From Phoronis australis (taxonomy: Eukaryota; Animalia; Phoronida), in contig NMRA01000564.1 in assembly GCA_002633005.1 (NCBI GenBank), positions 89,438 through 153,437 of the forward strand: 64,000 nucleotides of DNA, read 5' to 3'. The notes beneath the pieces are model-generated. The model saw nothing but the letters and a program-made list of their open reading frames with translations, did not search any database and was not told the origin of the DNA. This document shows positions 37,376 through 50,351 of this stretch, in pieces. Position 1 is the stretch's first letter. Each line of letters begins with the position of its first letter. A program made the position numbers and the translations under genes.

Positions 37376-37872
37376 GGCTAAAACACGCCAAGGTTGAACG
37401 GTCTTTGTTCTTCGTGTACTGTGATCTAATAGCAGTGAACTGCATTGTGGTATATGATCTGGTTTGTGTTCCCCGACATCATGTCACGGTGTCAAAGGTC
37501 AACTTTTCGCGCATTTTCTTATTTTCGCTTTTTTTAAATATCTAAAGATACAATAATACGATGATTTGAATAAAATACATCCAAATAGCAATACCTTGAA
37601 GATATTATTGCAATTCAACATACTTGGACCTTGCAAATTACACTTTAAGAGGACCATGCAAAATTGTCTCAGACAACACTTAATCATTGTCAAGAGCTTT
37701 ATGAATTAAAATCCCTTCGTGACTGTGTTTTTGCATTCTTCGTAAAACTCTGCGAGGCCATCGACAATCGACTTCCTTAGCTGGTGAAGCACATGACTTC
37801 CAAACTTAGTACTTTGCCCGGCGTGTAAATTTAGACATGATGTCCAACATTCTCAGCTACGGAAGTGAGAAC

Positions 37873-38024
37873 CAGGCGTGCTTTCAGTAACGCTAGGACT
37901 TGCGCTAGGACCTAGCTAAAATCTAGCCAAAGCCACGTGTTCTCATTTAAAATACACGGCAATATCTCACGTAATCCCGCGAAGTCTTGCTTTTTAGCGA
38001 GGTCCTAGTGTTAATGAACGGGAG
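37873..38024 (+). mobile_element. About 150-bp MITE, copy 1
   Basis: CAGGCGTGC.TTC.GTAACGCTAG...CCTAG.GTTA.TGAACGGGAGG; close match at 53651-53803; self-complementary ends. Confidence 0.75.
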
Positions 38025-38462
38025 GCAGGTTTCTAGCTTCCCCATTCCGATCGCGACGTCACACATCCTGGTAATCAACAGTCATCAGTTCGAGGATGGC
38101 CGCCGGAACAAGGAGGCCGAAGACATTCGCGAGGTAAAATTTCCGTCGTCTATGCCAGAAGGATTTTAGCAGTTTTTTCAAAAATCAATTTTAGGTTGAT
38201 ATTTGAAATCAATCAACAGTAAACATGGTGTGGCTGCGTCCGCTACAGGGATGAAAAACAGAATACTGTCAGGGCGTTTGCATAACACACTTTAATAGGT
38301 ACTTAGAACGATACAAACAACCGTTTAAAAGCGAAGGAGTTACAAGCGAAGTCAAGCGATGAAAAAGATGATACTGAACAAGCGGTAATCTGTAACAAAG
38401 ACAAAAGCGTAAACAACTAACAAACAACACATAGCTGAGCGCTAGAAAGACCCACGACAATA

Positions 38463-38729
38463 CGTGCGCGCACCCAGGGGGGGGGGGCTCCGGAGGCTCG
38501 ANCAAAAAGGGCCGCCCCAAAGAAACAAAAGTCCGAGAAAACGAGCCAAATTCCACTAAAAATGCAGGATTTCGGCGCGAACGCACAAATCATAGCTCTG
38601 AAACGTAGTACCCCTTTTTTTATTTAGTAGTCCTAGTTTTTGTAGTCCCCGTTTTTGTTTTTTTTAGTAAAAACTACACATTCTCAAAAATTCGACACCC
38701 CCCCATATTTCAGGCCGGGTGCGCGCATG
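38463..38729 (+). mobile_element. About 270-bp MITE, copy 2, with 5-bp TSD
   Basis: CGTGCGCGCACCC...GGGTGCGCGCATG flanked by CAATA on both sides; same family as 19983-20253. Confidence 0.8.
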
Positions 38730-39487
38730 CAATACGACACTATGATACAGCTAGGCAAAACAAATATTAGCTACACCAACGATATACAATTAACTGGAAC
38801 CCATACTATCTATTCTACAACTAGGATCCATGGCCATTCACAAACAACAGTCTGACTGAGGCACGTAGCTATATATCCTACGGACAGGGTATCGCGCAAC
38901 ATAGCATATTTCGTGAAATGTTCAACGGATCACCTCGTACAGCAGTCCTGCGTTCGATTTTATTCCCAAATACTTGTTCTAAAGCAGTTACTCGTCCTCA
39001 CAGTCACACAAAGTGATACCACGACTTTTGTTGACGAGGGCTTTGATAAGCGCTGCACATTACCGGCGCAGCCCTATTCACAGAGCTCTGCAACGATTCA
39101 GCTGAGGCAGTGTCCGCTGTAAGTCTTTGTTAGGAATAGTTTAAGAACACAAAAAATGCAAAACCGTTTAATATTTTTACAGTATTATAGCTCTGGTCAA
39201 ACCCAACTGGTCAATAATAATGTTACAGAAAAATAACCACAAAATGATAAGATGGTGCAAATTCCCATTCATTCAAGCAAAATACTAAACACACATTCTG
39301 GAACTTCCCAAGCAATAGTTCCCGACGTAGCGGAACCGCCTCACTTTCTACAGTGGATTGATTTCGCCCAGGTTCCCGCGAAAATTGTGTCGCCCTCTGT
39401 CGATGTTTGTAAACAGCATTTGAAGAATTCTGTACCGCGAGGCAGGCAACTGTTGCTGTCCCGTACGCTAAAATCTTTCTGAGGAGC

Positions 39488-42167
39488 CAGGGGCGGATCT
39501 ACGTTTTCAGTAAGGGGGGGGTTTAGGATTCCCGCAAAGGTCGAATCCTAGGCGCGTGGCGCCGAGAGGGGGGGGGGGGTCGGGAGGGGGGGTTTCCCCC
39601 CCTCCGTGTAAAACAATTTTTTGTTTTTGTAGCCAAATAGTGAAATTTCCATGCATCCTGGTAAGTTTCTGGCACTTAACATGTCTCTTGAGTTTTTCTT
39701 AAGATAATTTAAAATCCTTCTCGATTTCGTCGCATGAACGTGGCTCATAAGTTTCGTGAAACCATATTTGTGCACATCTGGGTATGAGTCGCGCCACCAG
39801 CAAAAATTTTTGTTGGAACATCTGCTTATACACACCTTTTTAGCATGCGAAAAGTCGTATATGAAAAAGTGTGGTGTGTGTGTGGGTTTAGCCAACTACC
39901 AAATATTCAAGAGCATAAGAAGCACCGACGGGGAGTAAAAAATTGAATATCAGATGATCGCGTAACAGCAGCCTCAAGTTGTTTAAGAACAAAGACCTGT
40001 ACTGTTAGTCTCGAAATAAACATGTGTTCTGTCTCGTTATGAGAAAAACTGGCAAACGATGGTGCTCTCAACACATAGTATATTACTAAAAGCGACAATA
40101 AACAATTAAGTATCACTTTATTAAGCTGAATCACGTTGACAACAATTGAAAAACGTCAAATGTATTTGGAAACGAATCATATGAAAACAGTTTCACGAAA
40201 CCAAAACATTCTGTACATCGTGGTGAAAAGATAATCAGGACCAGTTCGCAGAGGGACCAGATGTACACTGAGAGTACACAAAAACGCCTGGTCCATCACG
40301 AGACCAAAAGTACACCTGTGCTTATTATCCCTAGAAAAATAGTCGATCTGTCGCGGGACCAAACAGTTCTGGCTGAGATGAATAGTTTTACAAAGCACAC
40401 TTTGGTAAAAAAACATCACAAGACTAGTTCGCGAGACCTAAAGCGTACTATGCAAAAACTTTTGAATTGAAAACCTCTCTCTAGACACTTTTAAATTCCC
40501 AGTGGTTGCTCATACATGTACGTGTATTTTATACATTTGGTCGTCAACTGCTGCGAGAGGTTGTCTAGGAAGGGTTTTCGCACCGTTCTGTAATACTCAC
40601 TGGAAGAAACAAGTATTGAGTACAAATTTAACTACGCACTACGTGAAATTAATTTTGGATATGAAGCAGACAGAGCCAAGTGGAAATACAAACCAGAATC
40701 AGTTTTTGTGCACTCGTAGACCCTCTGCTGTATTGGGTAAATTTGGCATGACCAAAAATAATTTCTATTTCGTTTTCATTGTATACAAGCATAAAAACCG
40801 ACATTATGTACAAACTGTGTAGAATTATATCTTATTACGTGGGTATGTATCCAGGAACGTTAGTCCTATTCTGCTGTTGTCTGGACTGCCGAGGAATCTG
40901 TATATCGCGGGATCCAATGGTTTGCTCGTCTTGGAACCATTCTACCCAGGCATCTTTGATGTTTGTTCCCAACGCTTGCACTTCGTCAACTGCTGTGTCA
41001 ATGAGCTTGTAAGCCTCTACAATGTCGTTTGGCAGCTCAATTGGCACTATGAAACCCCCTGAGGTTGCCAAGTCCATTCAAAAGACTTACATGCGCAACT
41101 AAATTTGATCCGTTCATCATGAACTACTTCAAACCTAGTCGATGTATCCCAGGACCTATTTGCATCTCTTGCCATTTTCGGAATAAACGTCCCAATGTCT
41201 GAACGCTTGAAACCCCAAGTACTAACATCAAATAAATGCCCATGGTCATGGGCGTTTCATCGGGTGGGAATTTCTGCGGAAATTGCCAGTATAGAAGACA
41301 GCAGTGGTGCTTATTGCAGGTAGAAAGACGGTAGGTATTGAGGTCGGAACTAGAGCTCCTTAGGAGGCCTATTGAACATCGCACGAGTCCCTCAAGACTT
41401 TGCTGTAAAAATACAGCCTCCCCGCAATTTCTGGTACTGTACACTGTTCGCGAATGCGGTCACTTTGTCAATGTGAGTGCCCCCTTGGTCATTTTTTGTA
41501 TAGACATAGCTTGTTAGAGTGCATCTTCAAACGGTTCCGCGACCAGACCACGGCGCCCGCGACAATAGTAATTCTTCGGAAAACGAGTTCTTTTCAAAAA
41601 TACTACATGTACATGTAGGCTACACTGTATGTATTGCGCAAGACAACTTTACTATACACCAGTCAAATTCGAGTTACAAACGTGTAGGGTATAATGGAAT
41701 GACAGATGAGGTAAAAACGTTGCACGTCAATTTGCCTGAATATCAGGGTTGCGGCACCACAGTATTTCCCCTAATCAAATCAAATTATATCTTAGAGTAA
41801 AGAAGCTAGTTATCTAAAGAAATCAGCTATAGAGCTGCTCTTTCAGCGGTGAATCCATCTAAAATGCTTGGCAACTTCAGAAGTGTCGACGGAAGCGCGC
41901 CCACAATTGATCTCCGCGCGTTTTGCCGATGATCCACGAAGACTCAAAATGCGTTGATTTTCATAACAGCAATTTGCAATTCAAAAATTTATTTTTTCAG
42001 AGTGAACCCCCCCTCATTTTTTTCCAAGTTGGTTTACTTGGGGTTTACACACGCTGGTGGTGTCGTTTTTGTTTTGGTGACGACGTTTTTGTTTTTTTTT
42101 TAATTTTGGGTCCTGGCCCAAGGGGGGGGTTTAAACCCCATGAACCCCCCCCGTAGATCCGCCTCTG
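39488..42167 (-). mobile_element. 2.7-kb defective hAT-type transposon with a transposase fragment
   Basis: TIR CAGGGGCGGATCTACG...CGTAGATCCGCCTCTG; 5-bp TSD GGAGC; ORF 40835-41077(-) DIVEAYKLIDTAVDEVQAL...WVEWFQ...IPRQSRQQQNRTNVP resembles the PRxxxRQxxRxNxP segment of THAP12/ZMYM1-type hAT transposases. Confidence 0.8.
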
Positions 42168-44025
42168 GGAGCTATGCATAGTTTTTTATACGAAGGGTAG
42201 TAGAATAACGCACAAGCCTGTTGAAATGCTCAGGAGCAGTTTAGTGCACTCTAAGGATAAACTTCCCCGAGCGTGAGGAAGGACGTCTGAGAGGAAAATA
42301 GTCAACACCAAGTCTGGTAATACGTTCAGGGACTTTCCGATTTTTTCAAGAGGACCGGACTTAATACAACTTGGCTTTGTTAATTACTATACACAAACCG
42401 TTTAATTCCTCGCATAACCAACTGGTCAACTTCAAGGGTAGAGCTCCGACGGAAACAAAATGCCATTTAGATTATGGAGTGCGACGTAAAGAGCCCCTTT
42501 GCACGGAAAACCATGTGGGTTATACAAAACAGCCTAGAAAAACCCGCTTCTCAGCATAAGCGTCCGAGTTACGAAGATTCATACGATTCTGCTTATTTTA
42601 GTCACCCTGTAGCATAGGACGTTTTGATGCAAGTGAGACGGACATTTTGGATTATGAGAAAGACAGGCTATAGGAAAGAAGATTTACACGAGTGGACAGA
42701 ACAGCCGTTATTGATTGGACATAGCGGTCTCGGGTTCCAGTTATGGGATACTAGAACCCTTGCTGATTTGCCGGGTCGTCTTACTAAGATCGTAACATCA
42801 GTTGCTTACCAGTGAAGCTCGCGGGATGCGAGCGCAACCTCATTAAATTGAGTTAATAGTTCCAATATTCGTTTTGAATGTTTTCTTTTTTCTTTTTCAT
42901 CCTGATGTCTCAAAATCAACACGCTTATTTTCGCATTTAAATCATGGATAAACCCGCCTTTCATCACAAAATACAACCAGTACTCCTAGCATGATTTTTG
43001 TTAGGATTGGCTGCGTTTGACCTGAAGGTGCAGTTGAAAACCATTCAATGAAGAACTCTGCAACAGTGTAGTTATTTTCTAGACAAACTCATTTTCTGAG
43101 CAATTTATGTGTTCCCAAAATTTGTCAAATCCACAAATCATTAAAGGGGATTTGGAATTTGGTTGCTAGCGTAGGGCTCCATTTTAAGCAAGGATGGGGC
43201 TTTGCGTTGGTTCTTTGATATTGAAATCTCAATTATTTCGCTACCTTGTACATTCGTCCCTCACATTACTCTGTTTAAGTTTTCGTGAGTTGCACGCTGG
43301 GATGTTGCTTGGTGCTGGCTGGATTGGCTCTCAGACTCTTCTTTTTTCATATGTCGTTTTCTATTAGCTTACTTTTGTGATGTACCTCAGTGGTCGTCGG
43401 TCTGTGAACAATATCATTTGTATGAAATGGTAGTTATCTGTCATCTCTACATTACGATGTCTTACTCTATTATATATTGCACCAGTTTCCCTGACCATGT
43501 GTAGAACTCTGGAACCAAGCATCCTTATCGTCTGTTCATGATGCAATCATTATCATTATACCCTATGTTTCAAATCAATTTCTGGTGACTACCTCGTTTT
43601 TTGTTCATAGTGGTCATGTGTTGTGATTCCATGTTTGATGTTTATTATGTAGCTGTGCCTGTGTTTTTGTGGGTGTTTTGTTGTCATCATCTTGTTTGTT
43701 CTTGCTCTGGGTACCATAATCGAATAGGATTTTCTTCACATTTTATACTCAGCAATGTCTATTAATTAAATTCAGCCACTTTACACTGTACATCATGACA
43801 TATTTTAATGTATCTATGACTCGTTGATTCGAGAATTCTAAACCAATACTTAAAGGACAATGCCACCCGATTTAATTAGTCTTTTTTACCGTCTTAATCG
43901 GTCTGTGGCCGCATCGGCTCGTACTCGGTCGATCTTACCTTGCCGAGAGGTGTCGCGTTAACCTGTGCGGAAGGTGAGAAACTCCGCAGCGACGTCAGTG
44001 GTTTATCTGCAGGGTGAATGCCACC

Positions 44026-44346
44026 ATGGTGTGGTGTGTCGTTCTCGCTTGTGCGATCTATGAAGCTGCGAGGAAAGCAAGTACATCGTTTTTTTTGATT
44101 TCCTCGGGAGCCGAAATGCTTCGAAAATGGCGCGCGGCAATGAAAAATGAGAAGTACGGCGTTCATACCAAGTACGAGGCCGTGAAACATCTCCATGTCT
44201 GTGGCCGGTATTTCGTGGACAGTGATTTCACTGACGAATCCCGGCTTGCCAAACAGTTCATGCCAGGGCAGAAAAAGCGACCGAGGCTGAAGTCAGATGC
44301 TGTGCCTAGTGTGTTCGCGTTCAGAAGGCTCACCCCTATATTTTAG
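44026..44346 (+). pseudogene. THAP-domain ORF of Kolobok copy A (truncated; metal-binding His replaced by Tyr)
   Basis: MVWCVVLAC...FFLI....MLRKWRAAMK...LHVCGRYFVDSDF...RLKSDAVPSVF follows the THAP pattern CxxxxC...W...CxxHF...AVPxxF, with CGRYF in place of CxxHF. Confidence 0.75.
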
Positions 44347-44434
44347 GCTGGGTGTGAGCATGTTATATAACTTGTTTGATGACTTACTCGTTCGTCAGGC
44401 TTCTGTTTGGTCCTCTGGGTGTAGGATGGTTTTG

Positions 44435-44790
44435 TCAGTTCTTTTTCCCAGCCCTAAAAAACGTCGTGAGCACACATCTGTTCAGATGCGGGGCAAAATC
44501 AGGGTGATCCGTGAGACACATTGCTGCTTCTCCAAGAAGGACTTTCATATGTTGAATTTGGTGGCAACAAGCGTCAATCGTTTCCATTATGGTGCAGTTA
44601 GCGCACTGACGACACCATGACAAGTCATTGAGACGATTTAAGGAACTGTCCATATGCTCCATTGTCATTCACGGCGCCTCTCTAGTATTTCTTGATCAGT
44701 GTATTCTGGTTCGAACTGATATCCTGAGAAACCTAGCGATCTACCTGGGAAGTCTTCGTCAGATGAGTACTCCTCCAAGTCGGAATTGCG
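44435..44790 (-). pseudogene. KolX-like (P2X7 C-terminal-like) fragment of Kolobok copy A
   Basis: GYQFEPEY ... RLNDLSWCRQCANCTIMETIDACCHQI...MCLTDHPDFAPHLNRCVL; truncated. Confidence 0.7.
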
Positions 44791-45959
44791 AGTTGACACG
44801 TTGACGTTTGTTACCGTATTGAGCGTTCTGTTTCAAAATGAATTATTCTCACCCTAATCAATACTTATATAAAACTGAAACAAAGTGTGTCTCATTAGAT
44901 GCAATTTGTAATGCCTTTAGAATATTCGTGAGTGCAAATGATTTGAGAAGCCAGCAAGGAATTAATCACTGGGTTACCGACTTTAGGTGCAATAAAACTA
45001 ATTGATCGGACACCGAGGCCGTGTAAGCACTTGGTAATTCAGTGTTTGCTGACAGAAACTGTTGTGGAACAATAACTCGATTTTCTATCCTGCGACCAGG
45101 TGTTAGGAGAATCTTTATGTACATGTACATTATTCAAATAATGATTGTCAATGTACAACTTCTGCCCTGACGGTTCTGTGACCAAAGGGAAACCTGAATT
45201 CGACGCGGCACCCGACGAGTAAGTAGATTTGCAGTTTCGTGGCTAATTCACCAACCACGTGCACATTACTTCTTTGTCTCACTAGTATAGTATTTTCTTG
45301 ACTGGTAGTTTAGTTTCCAACTTTGGTTGGTTTATGTTCGTGATGTCTTCAGTCCGGCCGCGACTGGCCTGATCGGGTTCCGAGCCACTGGTCGGGATAA
45401 CAAGTTTTTTGTGTATTTAGAACTCAAAAAATCACAAGCTTAAACAACACAGATATAGGTTCTCCTGTCTGTATTTCACGGAAGAATACTTTGAATTTAT
45501 CTCCGAACAGACCCCAACTTCTGCTACGGACCTTGGTACATGTAAATTGGCCTGCCGAACTTTGTAGGCGCCTACGGTGTGTCCAAATACCAATAAATCT
45601 GTAACTGCGAAATACAACACGTTTTTATAAGAACTCGGTGTATTTTTAAGGGTTTTACATCGAAGTTAGATGATTTATTGGTGTTAAACGATGAATTCAA
45701 GCGATAAGCTGACACCAGTAACCCGTGTTGTGAACTGCTGAACAGACTGCGTGTGAAACCAATGACGTCATTGGATAATTTCAACACCTCCGTCTGCCGT
45801 CAGGTGTCAGGTAACGCAACCGAACGTGCCGTTATCGAGTAGATTTTCTAATTGATAGAAAAATAAGTTGTTTTTTGGGTGGCATTACTCTGCTTAACAT
45901 CAATAACTTTGTAGTTGTTCTTCACATCTTGCAGCAGCATTTGAGACATTCGGACCAAG

Positions 45960-47230
45960 TTGTAACAAGATATTTGCGGAATTTATTATGAACCGTTTCT
46001 ATGACATTGGTTTCATGGAAATCTCGTTTTTTTTAACCATATAACAAAATTGGCAAAATTTTAGAGTCAAATAATTTCCACCATAGTGAGACCTGCACGT
46101 CAACGAATTTTATCACGTTACTTTTCAAAATTAATAATGCTTTTGATGCTTTTTCAGAAAATGTTTGCGAAGATACGTTTGGTAGAGAATGGTACGCCTT
46201 AATAATTGTATTCAGATGCCAATTGTTTTACCGATTATCTTCCATTCTTCATGACGTCTCAAGTAACCACCCCTTCCAAAAACAACATTTCTTCTTTGAC
46301 ATGTTTACGAGAAATTTCCACCTGTTACAGTAATCTTCTAGTTTTCTAATCAGTCTTTGCATAGCCACAGCTGTTTCAGCAAACATAACAGAACAGAACC
46401 AGATCATCAGCAAACAATGACATATACAAATTAAGTAGTCTTACGCTTGCGCATGATCCACTAACATTTTAAAACATCAAAAGTAAAAATGGTAACAGCT
46501 GGCAACCCTGCCGAATTCCTGATTTCCATTAAAAAAACATCAGTTACAAAACTTTTATCACCAATCAGAACACATGCTTTAACATTGTCATATATATTTT
46601 TCAATACATTGTACATTTTACCTTTGATTCCATGTTCAGTGCTACGTTCGTGATCATTAACAAAATTTACAGCATATTCATGAAGTTGCGAATAATGCTG
46701 TCCCACAGCATATTGAGGGGCGTTATATAAATCTGTGAAACTCCTACATGTATACCACCGCATGCCTGTAATTGCAGGACGAGTCGAATTTTTACTGTTT
46801 TTCTGTCGAGATAACTGTACCAGCGTCGCAGTGGCATTCTTCTTTTAAGTTTAAGAACTTCTTATTCTTGCATTTTATTAGTTATGTTTTTTTTCATTAC
46901 GGTTTCTACGCGTGTTTGAATGTTCAATATTTCGGTTTCTCCTATAATTTCTAAGGTGACTACGCACCTCCAATTTACATTCTTGACACTCTTTGTCAAA
47001 CCAGTTATCGCAACGCCGTCTCTGTGAACAAACTGTCATACCTGAGCTCAAAGCTGAGCGTTCACGTTCATCAATATTACCAGGAAGAGATAACCTTCCT
47101 GATATTACTCAAGTCATCCTGCAGTGACAGCTAGCTCCATTGTCTGTAAACAGTTAATGCTCGATCACTGACGACATGATTTCCACATAAGTGTTTTAAT
47201 TTTGTTCATTCTACTTTATTTGTCTATTTA
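45960..47230 (-). mobile_element. Degenerate non-LTR retrotransposon (LINE) ORF2 remnant
   Basis: Minus-strand fragments NWFDKECQECK, HGIKGKMYNVLKNIYDNVKACV, GIRQGCQL, LFADDLVL and QRLIRKLEDYCNRW are reverse-transcriptase-region motifs, with frameshifts. Confidence 0.75.
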
Positions 47231-48269
47231 ATTTGCATCCCGCGTAGAGAAGATGGCTTCCAGATTCATCATTCATCACTAGTTGTTTTTCAAAATACTC
47301 CAAGCTTATTTTCAGTTCTACAGCACCACCTACCGGGCGTGTGGGATGAGGAAGTACGCGAGGCGTAGACGCAATCATGTCTACTTTTGTGTTGTCATAT
47401 TAAAAATAGTGATGTTCCTTTTGTTAAAAATATTAAGAATATAAAATGTGAGCGGTGTATTGGAAAAACATACATATAGGCAAAAACTCGAGTAAATCAA
47501 GAAAAAATTCGGGTAGCGAAGACAATGAAAATTTCGAAAATTGCAAGATAACCAAGAGGATGAATAATCAGTGGTTACCGGGGGAATCTGACGATTGGAT
47601 TGTGAGAGAGTACAGATGCTGCAGGATTTTGTCCAAAGAGTGGCCGGCGTAGTAATACATATAGGATAGTCTTGCTTAAGACACCGAGCAAAAAACTCTA
47701 CACTTCTTTACAGAAATTATCCTCATACGACATCCAAACAAAGTTCCGAACCCTTTTTCGAAGATTTGCCTATTACTACACCTTACATTAGAGCAGCGGT
47801 TGTCTATAGTAGACCCCCTGGTGAGATCTTAAATGGCGTGCTATTGGGGCGGGGGGTGGTCAGTGAAATTGCGGGCTACTGGGTGGAGGGGGTTGAAAGT
47901 CGATGACGGGGGGAATTCCTGCCTGCAGCCCAGTAACCTACATGGTATGTCCACCCTCCTCCCACATCCACCCCCCAAATAGCCGAGTCCACATGCCTAC
48001 ATGTATCTATTTGTGTCCTTCAATTCCTTTAATTCAGCACTATTAAATATTTATTGTCTTTAGGTTCTGAATGTATTAAGACTTAAGTGAATTGCAGAAA
48101 CAAGTAAAACAAAATTAAATTTAGGTCCCACCACGGAAGCATTAATGCACTTAGGATTAAATAATCAGTAGTGCCCAAAATCATGCAAACCTTTTCACCA
48201 CTGTCCTCCTTCACGTTTAGGTGACTTGAAATCAGTATAGTTCGGTAGTAGCCATTCGTTTACACAAAC

Positions 48270-48385
48270 TTCGTTAAAGACACGACTAGACGTTTTGTTA
48301 ACGAGTTTGATACTGGTACGTCCGAAATTACGAACGTACAAGTATCAAGCTCGCTAACAAAAACTCTAGTCGTGTCTTTAACGAA
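48270..48385. repeat. About 115-bp near-perfect palindrome (foldback MITE-like)
   Basis: TTCGTTAAAGACACGACTAGA..TTTTGTTA.CGAG.TTGATACT.GTACGT / ACGTACAAGTATCAAGCTCGCTAACAAAAA..TCTAGTCGTGTCTTTAACGAA. Confidence 0.85.
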
Positions 48386-48699
48386 ATTTTAGGTGACTGT
48401 GAACCTTCAGTTGTTTACCAAGTTATACTTATTTGTAAATATCTTAAATTCCATTATCTCCAACCTCTAAAAAGTATATATTTTTTGAAAGGTGCGTAAA
48501 TTTTATAACACAATTTATTATTATACTTATCGTACACAACGATAACAAATTAATGATCGGTGTTTAAATGTAGTCTCCATGGGGTATTTTTGAATGGGAA
48601 AGTAATGATTCCTATCAGACTGTGATTTTTCAAATGAGGAAGCCAATTACGAATGTATATCATCGGCTAACCGCGTGCTGTAGGCTTGAAGGAGGTTAA

Positions 48700-50351
48700 G
48701 GGAGAATGCCACCCGATTTAATTAGTCTTTTTTGCCGTCTTAATCGGTCTATATCCACATCGCCTCGCATACGGTTGATCTTACCTTGCCAAGAGATGTC
48801 GCGTTAACCTGTGAGGAAGGTGAGAAACGACGCCAGCGACGTCAGTGGTTCATATGCAGAGTGAATGCCGCTATGTTGCGCTGCATCGTTCCCGCTTGTC
48901 CGAACTAAGTAGCTTACTTCCTCGAGAGTCCGAAATGCTTAGGAAGTGGCTCATGGTAGTGAAGAATGAAATGTACGCTGTAAATAGCATGTATGAGGCC
49001 TTGAAACATCTCCGTGTCTGTGGTCTGCAGACGTCGACAGTGCCTCTGACGAATGCCTGCTTACCAAATAACTCCATATGTTCCGTTGTCTGAGCTTGTT
49101 CACGGCGCCTCTCTAGTATTTCTTCATCACTGTATTTCTGTTCGAATTGATAGCCTGTAAAACTTAACGATCCACCAGCGAAGTCGGCACTGATGAGCTC
49201 TAGCTCGTCCTAAGTCGGGATTGCGAGTTGCCATGCTGGCGTTTATTACTGAGCGTTCTGTTTCAAAATGAATTATTCTCACCCTAACCAATACTTATAT
49301 AAAACTGAAACAAAGTCTGTCTCATTAGATGCAATTTTTAATGCCTTTGGAGTGTTCGTGGGTGCAAATGGTTTGAGAAGCCAGCAATGAATAAATCACT
49401 GCGTTACCGGCTTTAGGGTGCAATAAAACTAATTGACGGGACATCGAGGCCGTGTGAGCTCATGCTTATTTAGTGTTTGCTGGCAGAAACTTTTGTGAAA
49501 CAATTCGATTTCCATCCCAAGGCCAGGTTTTAGGGGAATCTTTACATTACTCAAATAATGATTGTCAATGTACAACTTCTGCCCTGACGGTGCTGTGGCC
49601 AAAGCGGAACCTCTGAATTCGCGGCCCCCGACGACTAAGTAGATTTGCAGTTTCGTGGCTAATTCACCAACATAATCACGTGCACATTTCTTCTTTGGCT
49701 CACTAGTATAGTATTTTTTTGACTGGAAGTTTAGTTTCCACTGAACTTTGGCTGGTTTATGTTCGTGACGTTTGATCAGTTTCCGATCCACTGGCCGGGA
49801 TAACGAGCCAGTCCAGCCGGCCGCGACGGACCTGATCGGGCTCTGAGCCACTGGCCAGGATAACAAGCGTTTTGTGTTTAGAACTCAAAAAATGACAAGT
49901 CTAAACAACATAGATCCATGTTTTCCAGTCTGTGTCTCACGGAAAATACTTCGAAATTATCTCTGAACAGACCCCAAACTCCTACTACAGACCTTATTGG
50001 CCTACCAAACTTAATTTGTGGGCAACGGTGTGTCCAAGTACTAATAAATCCGTAAGAGCGAAATAAAACAACACGTTTTTATAAGACCTCGGTGTATTTT
50101 TAAGGGTTTTACATCGAAGTTTGATGATTTATTGGTGTTAAACCATGAATTCGTGCGATAAGCTGACACCAGTAAGCCGTGTTGTGAACTGCTGAACAGG
50201 CTGGGTGTGAAACCGATGACGTCATTGGATAATTTCATCACCTCCGTCTGCCGTCAGGTGTCAGGTAACGCAACCGTACGTGTCGTTATGGAGTAGAACT
50301 ACTCGATCTAAATTGATACAAATTAGGTTGTTTTTTGGGTGGCATGCTCCT
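48700..50351 (+). mobile_element. Kolobok-type non-autonomous element, second family, copy B (1.65 kb, internally deleted)
   Basis: TTAA|GGGAGAATGCCACCC...GGGTGGCATGCTCCT|TTAA; colinear with 43854-45891 but lacks about 44255-44645 of copy A; degenerate THAP (MLRKWLMVVKNEMY..LKHLRVCG). Confidence 0.85.

Larger units (their letters stand above)
32927..37644. mobile_element. Kolobok-type DNA transposon, 4.7 kb, defective
   Basis: TTAA TSD (32923-32926 / 37645-37648); imperfect TIR AGAGGAAATTGCAAGGTCCAAG...CTTGGACCTTGCAAATTACACT (AG...CT ends); convergent THAP and P2X7-C-terminal-like remnants; the empty site is seen in the paralogous duplicate at about 56840-56880. Confidence 0.85.
43854..45891 (+). 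mobile_element. Kolobok-type non-autonomous element, second family, copy A (about 2.0 kb)
   Basis: TTAA|AGGACAATGCCACCC ... GGGTGGCATTACTCT(GC)|TTAA; contains a THAP ORF (+) and a P2X7-C-terminal-like ORF (-); colinear with 48700-50351. Confidence 0.85.

Noticed and set aside
33160-44790. Host P2X7 purinoceptor or THAP transcription-factor genes
   Set aside because: Only the Cys-rich C-terminal-like and THAP parts are present; they are disrupted or truncated and lie inside TTAA-flanked TIR elements, so they are Kolobok cargo.
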